Notes: generated by a model not told the origin, from the sequence alone. DNA of 64,000 nt from a bacterium (GCA_022779465.1 JALFTB010000001.1:3824-67823), one strand, 5' to 3'. Positions 11,613-22,191 are shown, counted from the first letter of the stretch. Numbers and translations are program-made.

Positions 11613-14192
11613 ATGAAAAAAGAAAATAAAGACCTATCTTTAATAAAAAGCTTTTTTAAAAAGCATGAATATTTATTACTTACCATTATTTCATCTTTGA
11701 TAGTTATTATTACTATATTTATATTACAAGGATTAGCTCCTTTTGGTGATAAATCAATGTTAACAATAGATTTTTTTCATCAGTATGGGCCTATGCTTGG
11801 AGAACTTTATGATAGAGTTAAGAATGGTAGTAGTTTAATATATTCTTTTAATACTGGAATGGGGCTTCCATTTTTTAGAAACTTTTTTAATTATTTATCT
11901 AGTCCATTTAATATTTTGATTTTTTTGTTTAAAAGAATTCATTTATTAACATCTTATTCTATAATTATTGGACTAAAATCAATATGTTCTTGTATAACTA
12001 TGAGTATATTTTTAAAAAATAAGTTTAATAAAGATTATAAAATGTTTATTCCTATTTCATTATTATATGGGTTTTGTGCATATTTTGTGGCATATTATTG
12101 GAATATAATGTGGTTAGATGGAATGGTATTACTTCCATTAATTACGTTAGGAATTGAGTATATTATTAATAAAGAAAAACCTTTTTTGTATATTGTTAGT
12201 TTAGTAATTATGTTATTTGCAAATTATTTTATTGCTTATATGATATGTATTTTTAGTGTTTTATATTTTTTGACATATTTGTTTATTAAAACTAATAAAT
12301 TTGACTTTAAAAAAATTGCTAAGAAATGTTTAATCTTTGGAGTAGCGTCATTAATTGCTGGTGGTATATGTGCAATTTTCTTAATTCCTATGTTTAAATC
12401 TATGTCTGGAATTAGTGCTACTGGAGATGTTTGGCCTACTTCTCAATATTATGATTTTACTTTTATTGAATTTATTTATAATCATTTAAGTGGTGTTGGT
12501 AGTACTGTTTTAAAATCTGGAGTTACTACTGCACCTAATGTGTCTTGTGGAATATTATCTGTTATGTTACTATTTGCTTTTTATTTTAATTCCGACATTA
12601 AATTAAAGGTTAAATTTGCTTATACTTTATTATTATTAATTATGATTTTAAGTTTTGTATTAGCTCCTTTAGATTATATATGGCATGCTTTTCATGTACC
12701 AAATGATTTGCCTTATAGATATTCATTCTTATATAGTTTTGTACTTATTATTATTAGTGCTTATTCACTATTTAAAATTAAAGGACTTAAATCTATTTAT
12801 GGATTTGTGTGTTATGGCTTAGCATTAATATTTATTTCATTAGTTTGGTTTTTACCATTTGAAAATATTTCAAGAGATATGATTTATTTAAATTATGGAT
12901 TAAGTACTATTTTCTTTTTATTATTTGTTATTTATAAGTATTTTGGTTCTTATAAAAAAATTGTTCCTTATATATGTATTGTTACGGTAATGCTTGAATG
13001 TTGTGTAGTTTTAAATAATAATTGGGACATGGCACATGTAGCTAGTACATTTTACAGTGATTATGATTCAATGAGAAAAGGAATAGATTTTGTTAATAAA
13101 AATGATAAAGAAATGCATAGAATGGAAAGAATAGATTTATTAACTTATAATGATCCTTCTTGGTATAATTATTATGGTCAAATGACTTTTAGTTCAATGG
13201 CTTATGAAAATATGGCAGTTATAAATCATGCTTTAGGGATGCCAGGAAATGAGATTAATAGTTATTATTATAAAAGTAATACACCAATTTATGATATGTT
13301 ATTTAATGTTAAATATATAATTGGAGATATCAATGATTTTATCCATTATTCTTTATATTTTGACAGTAATGATTTAGCTATTTATAAGAGTAAATATAAT
13401 TTAGGATTTATGTTTGGTGTTGATAATAATATTAAAAATTGGAACACAAATTATGATAATCCTTTTAATAATCAAAATGATTTTGTATTAAAGAGTTCTG
13501 GTATTGATAATGTTTTAAAAGAATTAAGTATTTATAAAAAAGAATTGTATTATGAAGATGATAATCATAAAATATTTAAGTATAGTGTAAAAGGTGATTC
13601 TAATAATTTCTATTTATACTTTAATAATTATTTATGTGATTTTATGGTTATTAATGGTTCAATGTATTATAACGAAAATGAGCATGATTATGTTTATAAT
13701 AGTGATTTAACTATTTATAGTAATTCATCTTATAGTGAAAACTATATTATAGATGCCTTGGGAGAAAATAACAATTTAGAATTTTATGTTGGATATACTA
13801 ATTATTATGATGATGAAGATGTTTGGATCTATGGTTTAGATGAGAATAAATTTAACGAGGCTTATACTTATTATCTTAATAATAAAGTTAGTATTGAAGA
13901 ATTTAAGGAAGATAAGATTACTGCTTTTGGTAGTTTTAATAAAGATATGAGTGTTTTCACTTCAATACCTTATGATAAGGGATGGAATGTATATATTGAC
14001 GGAATTAAGGTTAATACTTATGAAATAAATAATACTCTACTAGGATTTGATGTTGAAGCAGGAGAACATAATATTGTGATAAAATATAAAATTCCTTATG
14101 CTTTAGTTGGTGGATGCATCTCTTTATTGTCGTTATCATTATTAGGTTTTTGGATTTATACCAATAAAAAAAGTTTAAAAAACAAATTTTAA
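11613..14192 (+). CDS. YfhO-family polytopic membrane protein (putative glycosyltransferase or glycopolymer modification)
   Basis: The 859 aa product has more than ten predicted TM helices in the N-terminal two thirds and an Asn/Tyr-rich extracellular C-terminal domain, with YfhO-like size and topology. Confidence 0.5.
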   Translation: MKKENKDLSLIKSFFKKHEYLLLTIISSLIVIITIFILQGLAPFGDKSMLTIDFFHQYGPMLGELYDRVKNGSSLIYSFNTGMGLPFFRNFFNYLSSPFNILIFLFKRIHLLTSYSIIIGLKSICSCITMSIFLKNKFNKDYKMFIPISLLYGFCAYFVAYYWNIMWLDGMVLLPLITLGIEYIINKEKPFLYIVSLVIMLFANYFIAYMICIFSVLYFLTYLFIKTNKFDFKKIAKKCLIFGVASLIAGGICAIFLIPMFKSMSGISATGDVWPTSQYYDFTFIEFIYNHLSGVGSTVLKSGVTTAPNVSCGILSVMLLFAFYFNSDIKLKVKFAYTLLLLIMILSFVLAPLDYIWHAFHVPNDLPYRYSFLYSFVLIIISAYSLFKIKGLKSIYGFVCYGLALIFISLVWFLPFENISRDMIYLNYGLSTIFFLLFVIYKYFGSYKKIVPYICIVTVMLECCVVLNNNWDMAHVASTFYSDYDSMRKGIDFVNKNDKEMHRMERIDLLTYNDPSWYNYYGQMTFSSMAYENMAVINHALGMPGNEINSYYYKSNTPIYDMLFNVKYIIGDINDFIHYSLYFDSNDLAIYKSKYNLGFMFGVDNNIKNWNTNYDNPFNNQNDFVLKSSGIDNVLKELSIYKKELYYEDDNHKIFKYSVKGDSNNFYLYFNNYLCDFMVINGSMYYNENEHDYVYNSDLTIYSNSSYSENYIIDALGENNNLEFYVGYTNYYDDEDVWIYGLDENKFNEAYTYYLNNKVSIEEFKEDKITAFGSFNKDMSVFTSIPYDKGWNVYIDGIKVNTYEINNTLLGFDVEAGEHNIVIKYKIPYALVGGCISLLSLSLLGFWIYTNKKSLKNKF

Positions 14193-15124
14193 ACTTTTTT
14201 ATTTACAAAAATTTTATCAATATTCTTTTTAGGCATCATTATTTTGACATTTCTAACATTACTAATTTCATAGTTTAAGACTGCTCTATCTAATTTTTCA
14301 CCATCAATGCACCATGCTTTTTTGGGATAGTCAGCAAATTTAATTTCTAAATGATTTGTTTTATAAAATTCAACCCCAGATACTCTTTCTATATCTGTGG
14401 TCATTAAAATTGTAAATGTTTTTATGATATCAACACGTCTTTTAAAATTACAAAATAATACTTCGAATTGATCATCATCTAGTTTAACATCTTTATAAAA
14501 ATTATTAATTCCGGCAATGCGATTTGCATTTGAAATTAACATAAATGAATATAGTCCTCTTTTTTCGATACCATTTACTTTATAGGTAATATCATACATT
14601 TTAGTAGGATTAAAGAAGTCTTTTACTCCTTCAAGTAGATAAGCCATATAACCATACTTTTTCTTTAATTTTCGCGGTGTATTATATGGAATTTGCATAA
14701 ATTTACCAAAGCCTGCTACATAAACAAAGGGTCTTCCATTTATTACACATATGTCCATTCCTTTTATTGTACCATCTAAAAGTAACTTTAAATTCTTTTT
14801 GATGTCTTTTCCATAACCAAACATTACACCAACGTCATTAGTTGTGCCAACTGGTATATGAGCTAAAATTAATGGTTTCTTTCTTTCAAGATTACCTGAC
14901 ATAACTTCATTAAAAGTTCCATCTCCACCCATTGAGATAACTAGATCTGTTGGTTCTAAATGATTAACTATTTCTTTAGCATGTCCACTATATTGTGTTC
15001 CAATAAATTTTGGATTATATCCATTTTTAGTTAATATCTTTTTATATTCTTTTAAATATTTAGTTTTAAATACATGTCCACTATTAGGGTTATATATTAT
15101 TGTACAGCTTTTCATTTGTTTCAC
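14189..15124 (-). CDS. diacylglycerol/lipid kinase (DagK/YegS family)
   Basis: The catalytic-domain motif GGDGTFNEV is present in a 311 aa product. Confidence 0.8.
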   Translation of the reverse strand: MKQMKSCTIIYNPNSGHVFKTKYLKEYKKILTKNGYNPKFIGTQYSGHAKEIVNHLEPTDLVISMGGDGTFNEVMSGNLERKKPLILAHIPVGTTNDVGVMFGYGKDIKKNLKLLLDGTIKGMDICVINGRPFVYVAGFGKFMQIPYNTPRKLKKKYGYMAYLLEGVKDFFNPTKMYDITYKVNGIEKRGLYSFMLISNANRIAGINNFYKDVKLDDDQFEVLFCNFKRRVDIIKTFTILMTTDIERVSGVEFYKTNHLEIKFADYPKKAWCIDGEKLDRAVLNYEISNVRNVKIMMPKKNIDKIFVNKKV

Positions 15125-15246
15125 CCATTTAATTATATCTATGCTTAATTATATTGTCAATTTTTAAAATTCTTAAATAAACAAAAATTGTATTGTTGTA
15201 GTTTTAGTCATAAAAAAAGTACCATAAAATGATACTAATTTATTTA

Positions 15247-15320
15247 TGGAGGGGCCTACCGGATTTGAACCGGTGCTCAGGGAGTTGCAGTCCCTTGCCT
15301 TACCGCTTGGCTAAAGCCCC
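15247..15320 (-). tRNA. tRNA-Cys (anticodon GCA)
   Basis: The minus-strand sequence GGGGCTTTAGCCAAGCGGTAAGGCAAGGGACTGCAACTCCCTGAGCACCGGTTCAAATCCGGTAGGCCCCTCCA folds as a cloverleaf. It has a 7 bp acceptor stem, a GTTCAAATCC T-arm, a CT-GCA-AC anticodon loop and an encoded CCA. Confidence 0.85.
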
Positions 15321-15424
15321 ATAACAACACTTGCAAGTATTATTTTACATTATTATTTATTTGTTGTCAATTATTCTATTTAACTTATTATATAATATGC
15401 TTTAAGGTAAAGAAAAAATAACTC

Positions 15425-17038
15425 TTATGAGTTATTTTGACTAATTAAGTAATTGGTTTCTCTTGTTTTTATTTCTAAATTGTATGTTGATGTATTATTA
15501 ATAACATTAGTAACTTCTAGTAAAATTGTATTTGTTTGATTAGGTATGTTAATTGCGGTTACTGAAGAGCTTATATTATTTGCTGCTGTTTTATAGTTAA
15601 TATATGCAAAGCGATCAAAAAATCCTTTACTTAATTCATCTGATGATAATGAGTAATATAAATTTGTTTTATTATCTACTGTTAAATCAAAATTTACAAT
15701 TAAAAATGCTTGACTTGATGGATTAGAAGGTGTTAGAAAATCATATTTTGTTGTACAATTTTGATTATTTGAATCACATGAATCGTATGAGTATTCATAA
15801 GAATTAGCCTTTTTTATTGAGTTAATTTTAATTTTGGTATTACCATATAAATTACTGCCTAGAGATAAATCTTGATTTAATGATGCGGTTGTAATTGATG
15901 GTTTTTCTTGTAATTTTGTTGGATTTATTTTAACTTTTTTAAATACTTTTTCAATTGTATTATTCTTAATTTTTGAGGTGTCGTATACTTTTAAGTTATA
16001 TCTATGGGATGTTTGATCTTTAGGAATTTCAAAAACTAATAAATAATGATTATCTTTATTATCAATTTGATCTCCTTTATAAGTTACTCCTAAATCTGAG
16101 AATGAGTATGATAGTGATGTTTTATATTTTACAGTATTACCATCTTTTAATTTTAGATAAAAATTTTCGGGATATAATATTTCTTTTTTTGATGTTGTTG
16201 ATGATATAGTCATGTCTAAAATTAGATAAACTTTGTTTTCATGAATTACTTTTAATGATTTATCCATGTTAGTTAAATATGCTTTGTTAATCTTATATAT
16301 GAATGTATCAGTTTTAATTGTACTTCCAACTTTATATGTTTTATTTGTAAAGTTAAAATTTATGAATAGTATAATTAATAATACTACAACTAATGATCCT
16401 AATATTATTGTAACAAAGAATTTATTTTCAAGTATGTAGTATTTTAATTCTCTTAATATTCTTCTAGTTCTTCTTTTATATTTATATGTGTCAGTACCGA
16501 CAATAAATTCAAATTCTTCATTATCTTCATTTTTAATTTCTAATTCTTCTAGATCTTTGCTAAAATTAAATTTTTTAATATCGAACCCAATACCTCTTAT
16601 TAAACTTATTACAATGAAATAAACACTAGGTACGGTTAGGATCGTATAGATATCTCTTAATGCTCTTGATTCTTGTTGAGTTAAAGTTGAAAAAGATAAA
16701 TCATTTATTAAATTATAAGCAAATACAACTCCTATAAATAATAAAATATAGTAGATAATTGTTGCTAAGTAAAATGAACTTGGTTTATGCTTTTTCTTCA
16801 TTAAACGGTACATAATTATACCAAATATAATTACGATTATTATAGCTATAAATAAAATAAATGATATGTAATTATGAGCAGCATTTTCTGGCACTAGAAT
16901 ACTTGATTTGTTATATGAACTAAAAAAATCTAGGATTTTATTAAATCTATATGCTATGTAACTTGTGATTACCAATAAAATTAGATGAATTATTTTAAAA
17001 TGTTTTATTAAAAATGCATATGGTTTTTTTAATATCAT
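15425..17038 (-). CDS. hypothetical polytopic membrane protein with a large extracellular beta-rich C-terminal domain
   Basis: The 537 aa product has four or five N-terminal TM helices followed by an S/T/N-rich extracellular region. I do not recognise a family. Confidence 0.4.
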   Translation of the reverse strand: MILKKPYAFLIKHFKIIHLILLVITSYIAYRFNKILDFFSSYNKSSILVPENAAHNYISFILFIAIIIVIIFGIIMYRLMKKKHKPSSFYLATIIYYILLFIGVVFAYNLINDLSFSTLTQQESRALRDIYTILTVPSVYFIVISLIRGIGFDIKKFNFSKDLEELEIKNEDNEEFEFIVGTDTYKYKRRTRRILRELKYYILENKFFVTIILGSLVVVLLIILFINFNFTNKTYKVGSTIKTDTFIYKINKAYLTNMDKSLKVIHENKVYLILDMTISSTTSKKEILYPENFYLKLKDGNTVKYKTSLSYSFSDLGVTYKGDQIDNKDNHYLLVFEIPKDQTSHRYNLKVYDTSKIKNNTIEKVFKKVKINPTKLQEKPSITTASLNQDLSLGSNLYGNTKIKINSIKKANSYEYSYDSCDSNNQNCTTKYDFLTPSNPSSQAFLIVNFDLTVDNKTNLYYSLSSDELSKGFFDRFAYINYKTAANNISSSVTAINIPNQTNTILLEVTNVINNTSTYNLEIKTRETNYLISQNNS

Positions 17039-17092
17039 ACTAACACCCTATTCTTATTATCATTATATCATAAAAAAAATAAAATAAACTTT

Positions 17093-17437
17093 TTAGTTTA
17101 TTTTATTAACAATTAATTGTCCTTCTTGAAGATAAATTGTATCATTATACTTTAAAAGATTGGAAACATTGGTATTAAATGTGTCTGCTACGGTTTTTAA
17201 TGTGTCTCCTTCTTTTGTTATATAATAAGCAAAATCCTTTTTAGGTATCATTATACTTTGATCAGGATAAATATAATCTGTTGAATTTAACCCATTTAAT
17301 AAGGCTAGTAAAGTAGGATTTACTTTATAATCTCTTGCAATTTGATAAATGGTATCTCCTTTTTTTATAGTATAATAGTTGAAATATTCATTTTCTCTTT
17401 CTTCTGTTTCTTTATTAATATTATACATGTTAAACAT
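17093..17437 (-). CDS. tandem LysM-domain protein
   Basis: Two LysM repeats are present: YTIKKGDTIYQIARDYKVNPTLLALLNGL and YYITKEGDTLKTVADTFNTNVSNLLKYND. Confidence 0.75.
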   Translation of the reverse strand: MFNMYNINKETEERENEYFNYYTIKKGDTIYQIARDYKVNPTLLALLNGLNSTDYIYPDQSIMIPKKDFAYYITKEGDTLKTVADTFNTNVSNLLKYNDTIYLQEGQLIVNKIN

Positions 17438-17479
17438 TTTATCACTCCTAATATAAGATATTCATATTAGGCTTTTTGG

Positions 17480-18577
17480 TTAATTAAAAATAAATATTTG
17501 ATTTAAATAATTAAATTTCCATTCTTTATATTCTAAAAGAAGATTTTCGCCATTGGCGTTATAACAATATAATTTGGTCCCAACAAGATAAAATACTTGG
17601 TTTTCATTCGATGATATTATTGAAGTTATTTTTTGATTACTTATTTTTATGTTATGATTATCAATTATTTGATATAGGTTATCATCAATTATTTTATAGT
17701 TATATGATTGGGCAAAAGTGAATGAAATATTTTTATTAATAACATCTTTTATACTTTGATTATTCCATTCTCCGTTTTCATAAATATCAATTTTGTCATT
17801 TTTTATTTTTACTTTTTTAATTTCTAATTTTTTAAAATTTAAGTAATATTCATTTTTATTTTTTTTATCAATAAAATATAGTTTGTTTTTAACTTCACCT
17901 AAATATAATAAATCGTAAGAAATTTCATAATCAAAACTAATATCATTTAATAATTGTTTTTCTGTATCAAAGATATACATTTTAGTAAAGTAATATTTTG
18001 AATCATAATCTGGTATTATTAAATATTTATCAATTTGATATGTATTTAAAGTTGAATAATTTTCATTATTAAATATCTTTATATTTTCATTATTGTTTTT
18101 ATTTAAATTTATATAACCTTTATAATTCCAAATTAGATAATTATAAGTATTATTATAAATATTAATTTTTTCATAAGTTTTAATTACTTTTTCTTCTTTT
18201 TTAGATTTAAAGTTTTTAACATATAAATCATCATTAATTAAATGATAATCTTTTAAACCTTTTTTATCACTGCATAAAGTTTGTTTATTATTTTTGGATA
18301 AAATCATAAGACATGTATCTTTTTTGTCTTCTATTATTTTTACATCGGTTATTAATTTTCTTTTTTTAGAATATTCAGTTTTAATTATATATGGATATTC
18401 AATATTTTTATATTTTAATATAAAATGATAATCATTGGTTGCTTTTTGATATTTTTCAGTTATATCAACTTTATTTATAGTGTAATTAACTTGATAATCT
18501 TTTGGAGTAGATGTGAAAATTACGAAAGTAATTACAAGAGATAATATAATAAATATCATTATATATAATTTTTTCAT
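17480..18577 (-). CDS. hypothetical membrane-anchored protein, Asn/Lys/Tyr-rich
   Basis: The 365 aa product has an N-terminal signal anchor (LYIMIFIILSLVITFVIF) and an extracellular low-complexity domain. Confidence 0.4.
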   Translation of the reverse strand: MKKLYIMIFIILSLVITFVIFTSTPKDYQVNYTINKVDITEKYQKATNDYHFILKYKNIEYPYIIKTEYSKKRKLITDVKIIEDKKDTCLMILSKNNKQTLCSDKKGLKDYHLINDDLYVKNFKSKKEEKVIKTYEKINIYNNTYNYLIWNYKGYINLNKNNNENIKIFNNENYSTLNTYQIDKYLIIPDYDSKYYFTKMYIFDTEKQLLNDISFDYEISYDLLYLGEVKNKLYFIDKKNKNEYYLNFKKLEIKKVKIKNDKIDIYENGEWNNQSIKDVINKNISFTFAQSYNYKIIDDNLYQIIDNHNIKISNQKITSIISSNENQVFYLVGTKLYCYNANGENLLLEYKEWKFNYLNQIFIFN

Positions 18578-18621
18578 TTTATCACTACCTTTAAAAAAAA
18601 GAATTCGCTAAGAATTCTTTT

Positions 18622-19065
18622 TTATTGTTCTTCAGTTTTTGAATAGAATTTCTTTTTAGCTTCTATCATAAATGAGGATATATTAATTTGGATTTCGCTC
18701 AATGCTTTTTTTGAGATGTTTGAAAAAATAATAGTCTCTTTCATAGTATCTATAGTTACTGTCCCCCAGATAATTCCAGCTGATACTTGCATATCATTAT
18801 ATAAATCTGGAGTTATTGTATTTAACTTGTAACCAACTAGTATTCTATCTTGAGCTATCATAAGGCGATCCGTTGTTAATGCCAATACAGCTGTATCAAA
18901 AATAGCATCATGACTCGAATTGTTTTGAGCTGCGAATGCAAATAATACTTTTTCGTTGGGATTTAAATTTTGATCAATGATTGCACAATGTTTTTTTAAT
19001 CTCCAACCGATTGTATTAGGATATTTTTTTTTGAAATCTTTTACTAGTTCATATGTAGAAGCCAT
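18622..19065 (-). CDS. hypothetical protein, possibly a bacterial PH-like domain
   Basis: The product is 147 aa and soluble. Similarity to bacterial PH (YokE/DUF304-like) proteins is weak. A terminator (aagaattc/gaattctt) overlaps its stop. Confidence 0.3.
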   Translation of the reverse strand: MASTYELVKDFKKKYPNTIGWRLKKHCAIIDQNLNPNEKVLFAFAAQNNSSHDAIFDTAVLALTTDRLMIAQDRILVGYKLNTITPDLYNDMQVSAGIIWGTVTIDTMKETIIFSNISKKALSEIQINISSFMIEAKKKFYSKTEEQ

Positions 19066-19079
19066 TTAAATATTCCTTT

Positions 19080-19910
19080 CTATTTAATATTTCCAACTGA
19101 TTGTAATTTTTTAATTAAATTAGTTTTGTTTGTAAATCCTGAAATACATCCAGTAACTTTTCCTTTTTTAGTTAAAAGTGTTAATGGAGTACCAAATCCA
19201 TCAGAAAGTGATTGTTCACTACCAGTACTTGAACAAGATGCTGGAATTTTTAAATCTGATTTTAGAATTTTACTATATTCAGTTGAATCAAATGAATCTG
19301 AATCAATATAATAAATGTTTGCTTTATTTTCTGCAGCTACTTCATTATAGATAGGTTTAAATTTATTACACCAACTACATGTATTACGTCCTAAAACGAT
19401 CATTGCTGGTTCTTTACTATCAACCACTTTCATGAAAGCTTTATAAGTTGACACTGTTTTATAAGCTACTTCAGAATCATCTATTTTATTATTTACATAT
19501 TTATCAACATATTTATTAATATTTGATTCATTTACTGCATCTTTAGTTACATAACGAATTTCATTGTTAACAGCAAATACGTAAACTTCACCTTCTTCAA
19601 ATAATTTGTTAGTTTCTACTAATGCATCAATCTCTTCTCCAGATAACTTATCTACATTAACAGATGCTACTTCAATATCAGTTTCTTTCTTTAAATCAAT
19701 TAAAGTATCTTTTACTTTATCATATGAATCATTATCAGTATGACCAAAGTAAATTAATGTTAGATTTTGAGCTTCAGTAACAGCTTTTTTAAATTCTTCA
19801 TAATTATAAGTTGTTACTTTATGTCCATTAACAAAGTTAACTATAATTGGAATTAATAGAATAATAACAATTAGAACAGGTATAATCCAACTCTTAATTT
19901 TTTCTTTCAT
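19080..19910 (-). CDS. membrane-anchored thioredoxin-fold protein (putative thiol-disulfide oxidoreductase)
   Basis: An N-terminal TM anchor is followed by two thioredoxin-like segments. The second carries a CxxC active site (TCSWCNKFKP). Confidence 0.55.
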   Translation of the reverse strand: MKEKIKSWIIPVLIVIILLIPIIVNFVNGHKVTTYNYEEFKKAVTEAQNLTLIYFGHTDNDSYDKVKDTLIDLKKETDIEVASVNVDKLSGEEIDALVETNKLFEEGEVYVFAVNNEIRYVTKDAVNESNINKYVDKYVNNKIDDSEVAYKTVSTYKAFMKVVDSKEPAMIVLGRNTCSWCNKFKPIYNEVAAENKANIYYIDSDSFDSTEYSKILKSDLKIPASCSSTGSEQSLSDGFGTPLTLLTKKGKVTGCISGFTNKTNLIKKLQSVGNIK

Positions 19911-19979
19911 TATATTTACCTCCTTATGAATATTTTATCTTTTTTTTTAGCAATAATCAATTATTATTGAGTATTTTCT

Positions 19980-20828
19980 TTATTTTGTAAGGTATTTATT
20001 AATTGTTGAAATTATTTCTTTAGTATCATTTTGACCTAGGGTATATAATGAACTTAATTTCTTCTTATTTTTTTCAATATGTTTTACTTTTAGATCTTGT
20101 GATGGTCTTATAAATATAATCTCATGGTTATTAGCTTTCTTTTCGATATATTTGATTGTTTCATTGTACATTGATGGTCTATTAGAAAGTGCTTTAATAA
20201 ATTTAGGATATTTTTTATAAAATATTTTTGATGGTTGTGGTTTATATTGTTTTTTATATCCTTCTGGTCTAGTTCCAACTACAATTATTTTATTAAACCC
20301 CAATTTTTCCATGTATTTAATGGGAATGCTATCTCCGGTTGCTCCATCTAAATAGTAGTTATTATTAATTTTTACGGGTTTTGAAACATATTGCATTGAG
20401 CCTGATGCTCTTAAGTATTCCATTTGATTTTGGTCATTTAAATCAGTTAATTCTTGATATTCTGGAGTACCTGTTAATAAGTTTGTAACTACTACATAGA
20501 ATTTTGTTTTGTTATTTTTGAATGCTTGGTAGTCAAATTTATCTAATTCATTTACTAATTTATCGAAACAAAAGCTTTTATTCATGATATTGCCTGTAGT
20601 TAAATATGAATATAAACCAATATATTCTTTATCATTTATGTATTTCATATTATAACGATATGCTCTTCCTTTTTGATTTGATTTATAATTGATACCAAAT
20701 AATGCTCCGGCTGATACACCTATTATGGCGTCAAATTTTATGTTGTTTTGCATTAATGTATCTAGAACTCCAGCTGTATATATGCCACGCATTGCACCGC
20801 CTTCAAGTACTAAACATGTTTTATTCAT
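19980..20828 (-). CDS. patatin-like phospholipase
   Basis: It has the oxyanion-hole motif GGAMRG and the nucleophile elbow GVSAG (GxSxG) in a 282 aa product. Confidence 0.8.
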   Translation of the reverse strand: MNKTCLVLEGGAMRGIYTAGVLDTLMQNNIKFDAIIGVSAGALFGINYKSNQKGRAYRYNMKYINDKEYIGLYSYLTTGNIMNKSFCFDKLVNELDKFDYQAFKNNKTKFYVVVTNLLTGTPEYQELTDLNDQNQMEYLRASGSMQYVSKPVKINNNYYLDGATGDSIPIKYMEKLGFNKIIVVGTRPEGYKKQYKPQPSKIFYKKYPKFIKALSNRPSMYNETIKYIEKKANNHEIIFIRPSQDLKVKHIEKNKKKLSSLYTLGQNDTKEIISTINKYLTK

Positions 20829-20879
20829 ATTTACCCTTCTTTCTATAAAAAAAACTAGCTATGCTAGTTAATAACATTA

Positions 20880-21237
20880 TGGTGGAGCCGAGCAGAATTG
20901 AACTGCTGTCCAAAATACTTCCATAGTACAATCTACAAGTTTAGATAATTTGTTATTTCACTAGTAGGAAGAAAACTATCTAAATTACTACTAGCTAAGC
21001 TTTAAAATTTTCGTTAAACAAACTAAGCAATCTATTTAATATAATCTACTATTATGAACCAATTTAAAACTCTGTAGATTTAGTCTTAAACCAGTGCTCC
21101 GTGCCAACTATTAGGCAAATGCTAGAGCTGTATTATAATTTGTTTTGTCAGTTATTTTAACTGTTTTGCTATTTAGGATAGCAACCACTTGCATGTAAAA
21201 CAGAATATATATTTTGTCGAAACCAAAAAACGGCCCC
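20880..21237 (-). ncRNA. ssrA: tmRNA (SsrA)
   Basis: The 5' end reads GGGGCCGTTTTTTGGTTTCGAC and the 3' end GGACAGCAGTTCAATTCTGCTCGGCTCCACCA. The acceptor stem pairs with a G3-U wobble. The T-arm is CAGCAG-UUCAAUU-CUGCUG. An internal tag reading frame reads ...DKTNYNTALAFA and ends in tandem TAA TAG. No ORF is called across this 358 nt gap. Confidence 0.85.
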
Positions 21238-21271
21238 GTGTCTAATATATTAACATATTTGGAGTCGTTTA

Positions 21272-21574
21272 TCAATTATCTTTAAATTTTAAAATTATTT
21301 CGCCATCTTTAGATAGCATGAATTTTTCACGAGCGTATTTAGCAACATAGTTTGGATCTTGTAGTTTAGTTATTGCACTGTTTAGTTCTTCTTCTTCTTT
21401 TAGTAATGCTGTATATGAATCTTCTAATTCTTTAGTTTGTTTACGATTTGATAAAATGTCTGACCAGCAATTATAAGAAAATACAGCTAAGTAAGAAATA
21501 ACAATAACAATTAATAATGACCAAATCATGATACGTCTTTTATCTTTTTTTGTTAATTTACTCATGACAAACAC
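21272..21574 (-). CDS. divIC: septum formation initiator DivIC/FtsB family
   Basis: A single TM (IMIWSLLIVIVISYLAVF) is followed by a coiled coil. It sits in the yabP-yabQ-divIC synteny. Confidence 0.7.
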   Translation of the reverse strand: MFVMSKLTKKDKRRIMIWSLLIVIVISYLAVFSYNCWSDILSNRKQTKELEDSYTALLKEEEELNSAITKLQDPNYVAKYAREKFMLSKDGEIILKFKDN

Positions 21575-21618
21575 TCTCCGTATTATGATTATATCATTTT
21601 TTTGATTTTTTGAATTAA

Positions 21619-21861
21619 TTAATTTTTGACTTTACGCTTTTTTGGTAAAATTTTACACTTATTATTTAATAAGTATCCTAATATCAATGATATTTTTAAT
21701 ATATAATTTATAGTTCCATCATTTAATAAGTAAATTATATAAATATATAGAATTGTATGTATGACTGTTGTTATTAACATTTTAAAATTATTTAATTTTG
21801 ATATATATAAATAGAAATATCCAAATATAAAAGATATTAATATTAAAAATAACTGTTTCAT
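21619..21861 (-). CDS. yabQ: YabQ-like small membrane sporulation protein
   Basis: The 80 aa product has two TM helices and lies immediately downstream of yabP, overlapping it by 4 nt. Confidence 0.5.
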   Translation of the reverse strand: MKQLFLILISFIFGYFYLYISKLNNFKMLITTVIHTILYIYIIYLLNDGTINYILKISLILGYLLNNKCKILPKKRKVKN

Positions 21862-22139
21862 TTAAATAATTTTACTAATAAACTATTTTCTTTTTGAGAT
21901 ACCTCATTATATGAAAAACTATTTATTTTACCTTTTATAGATACATTACCATCTATTGTATCTAATTTTATTATTTCTAGGTTTTCACCTTTAATTATGA
22001 TATTGCCCATAATTGATTCCAGATTGAATTCTTTGTCATCAAAATTAATTATTTTTTTAATTCCACTTATAATAATATTTTTGCGATCATTTAATTTAAC
22101 AACATGTGTAAATGATGGTACATCGATTAGTTTATCCAT
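21858..22139 (-). CDS. yabP: sporulation protein YabP
   Basis: The 93 aa product shows the YabP pattern (IISGIKKIINFDDKEFNLESIMGNIIIKGENLEI). Confidence 0.7.
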   Translation of the reverse strand: MDKLIDVPSFTHVVKLNDRKNIIISGIKKIINFDDKEFNLESIMGNIIIKGENLEIIKLDTIDGNVSIKGKINSFSYNEVSQKENSLLVKLFK

Positions 22140-22191
22140 AAAAAAGCCTCCTATTAATTAATAATATGAGGCTAATCTATTAATATGACAA

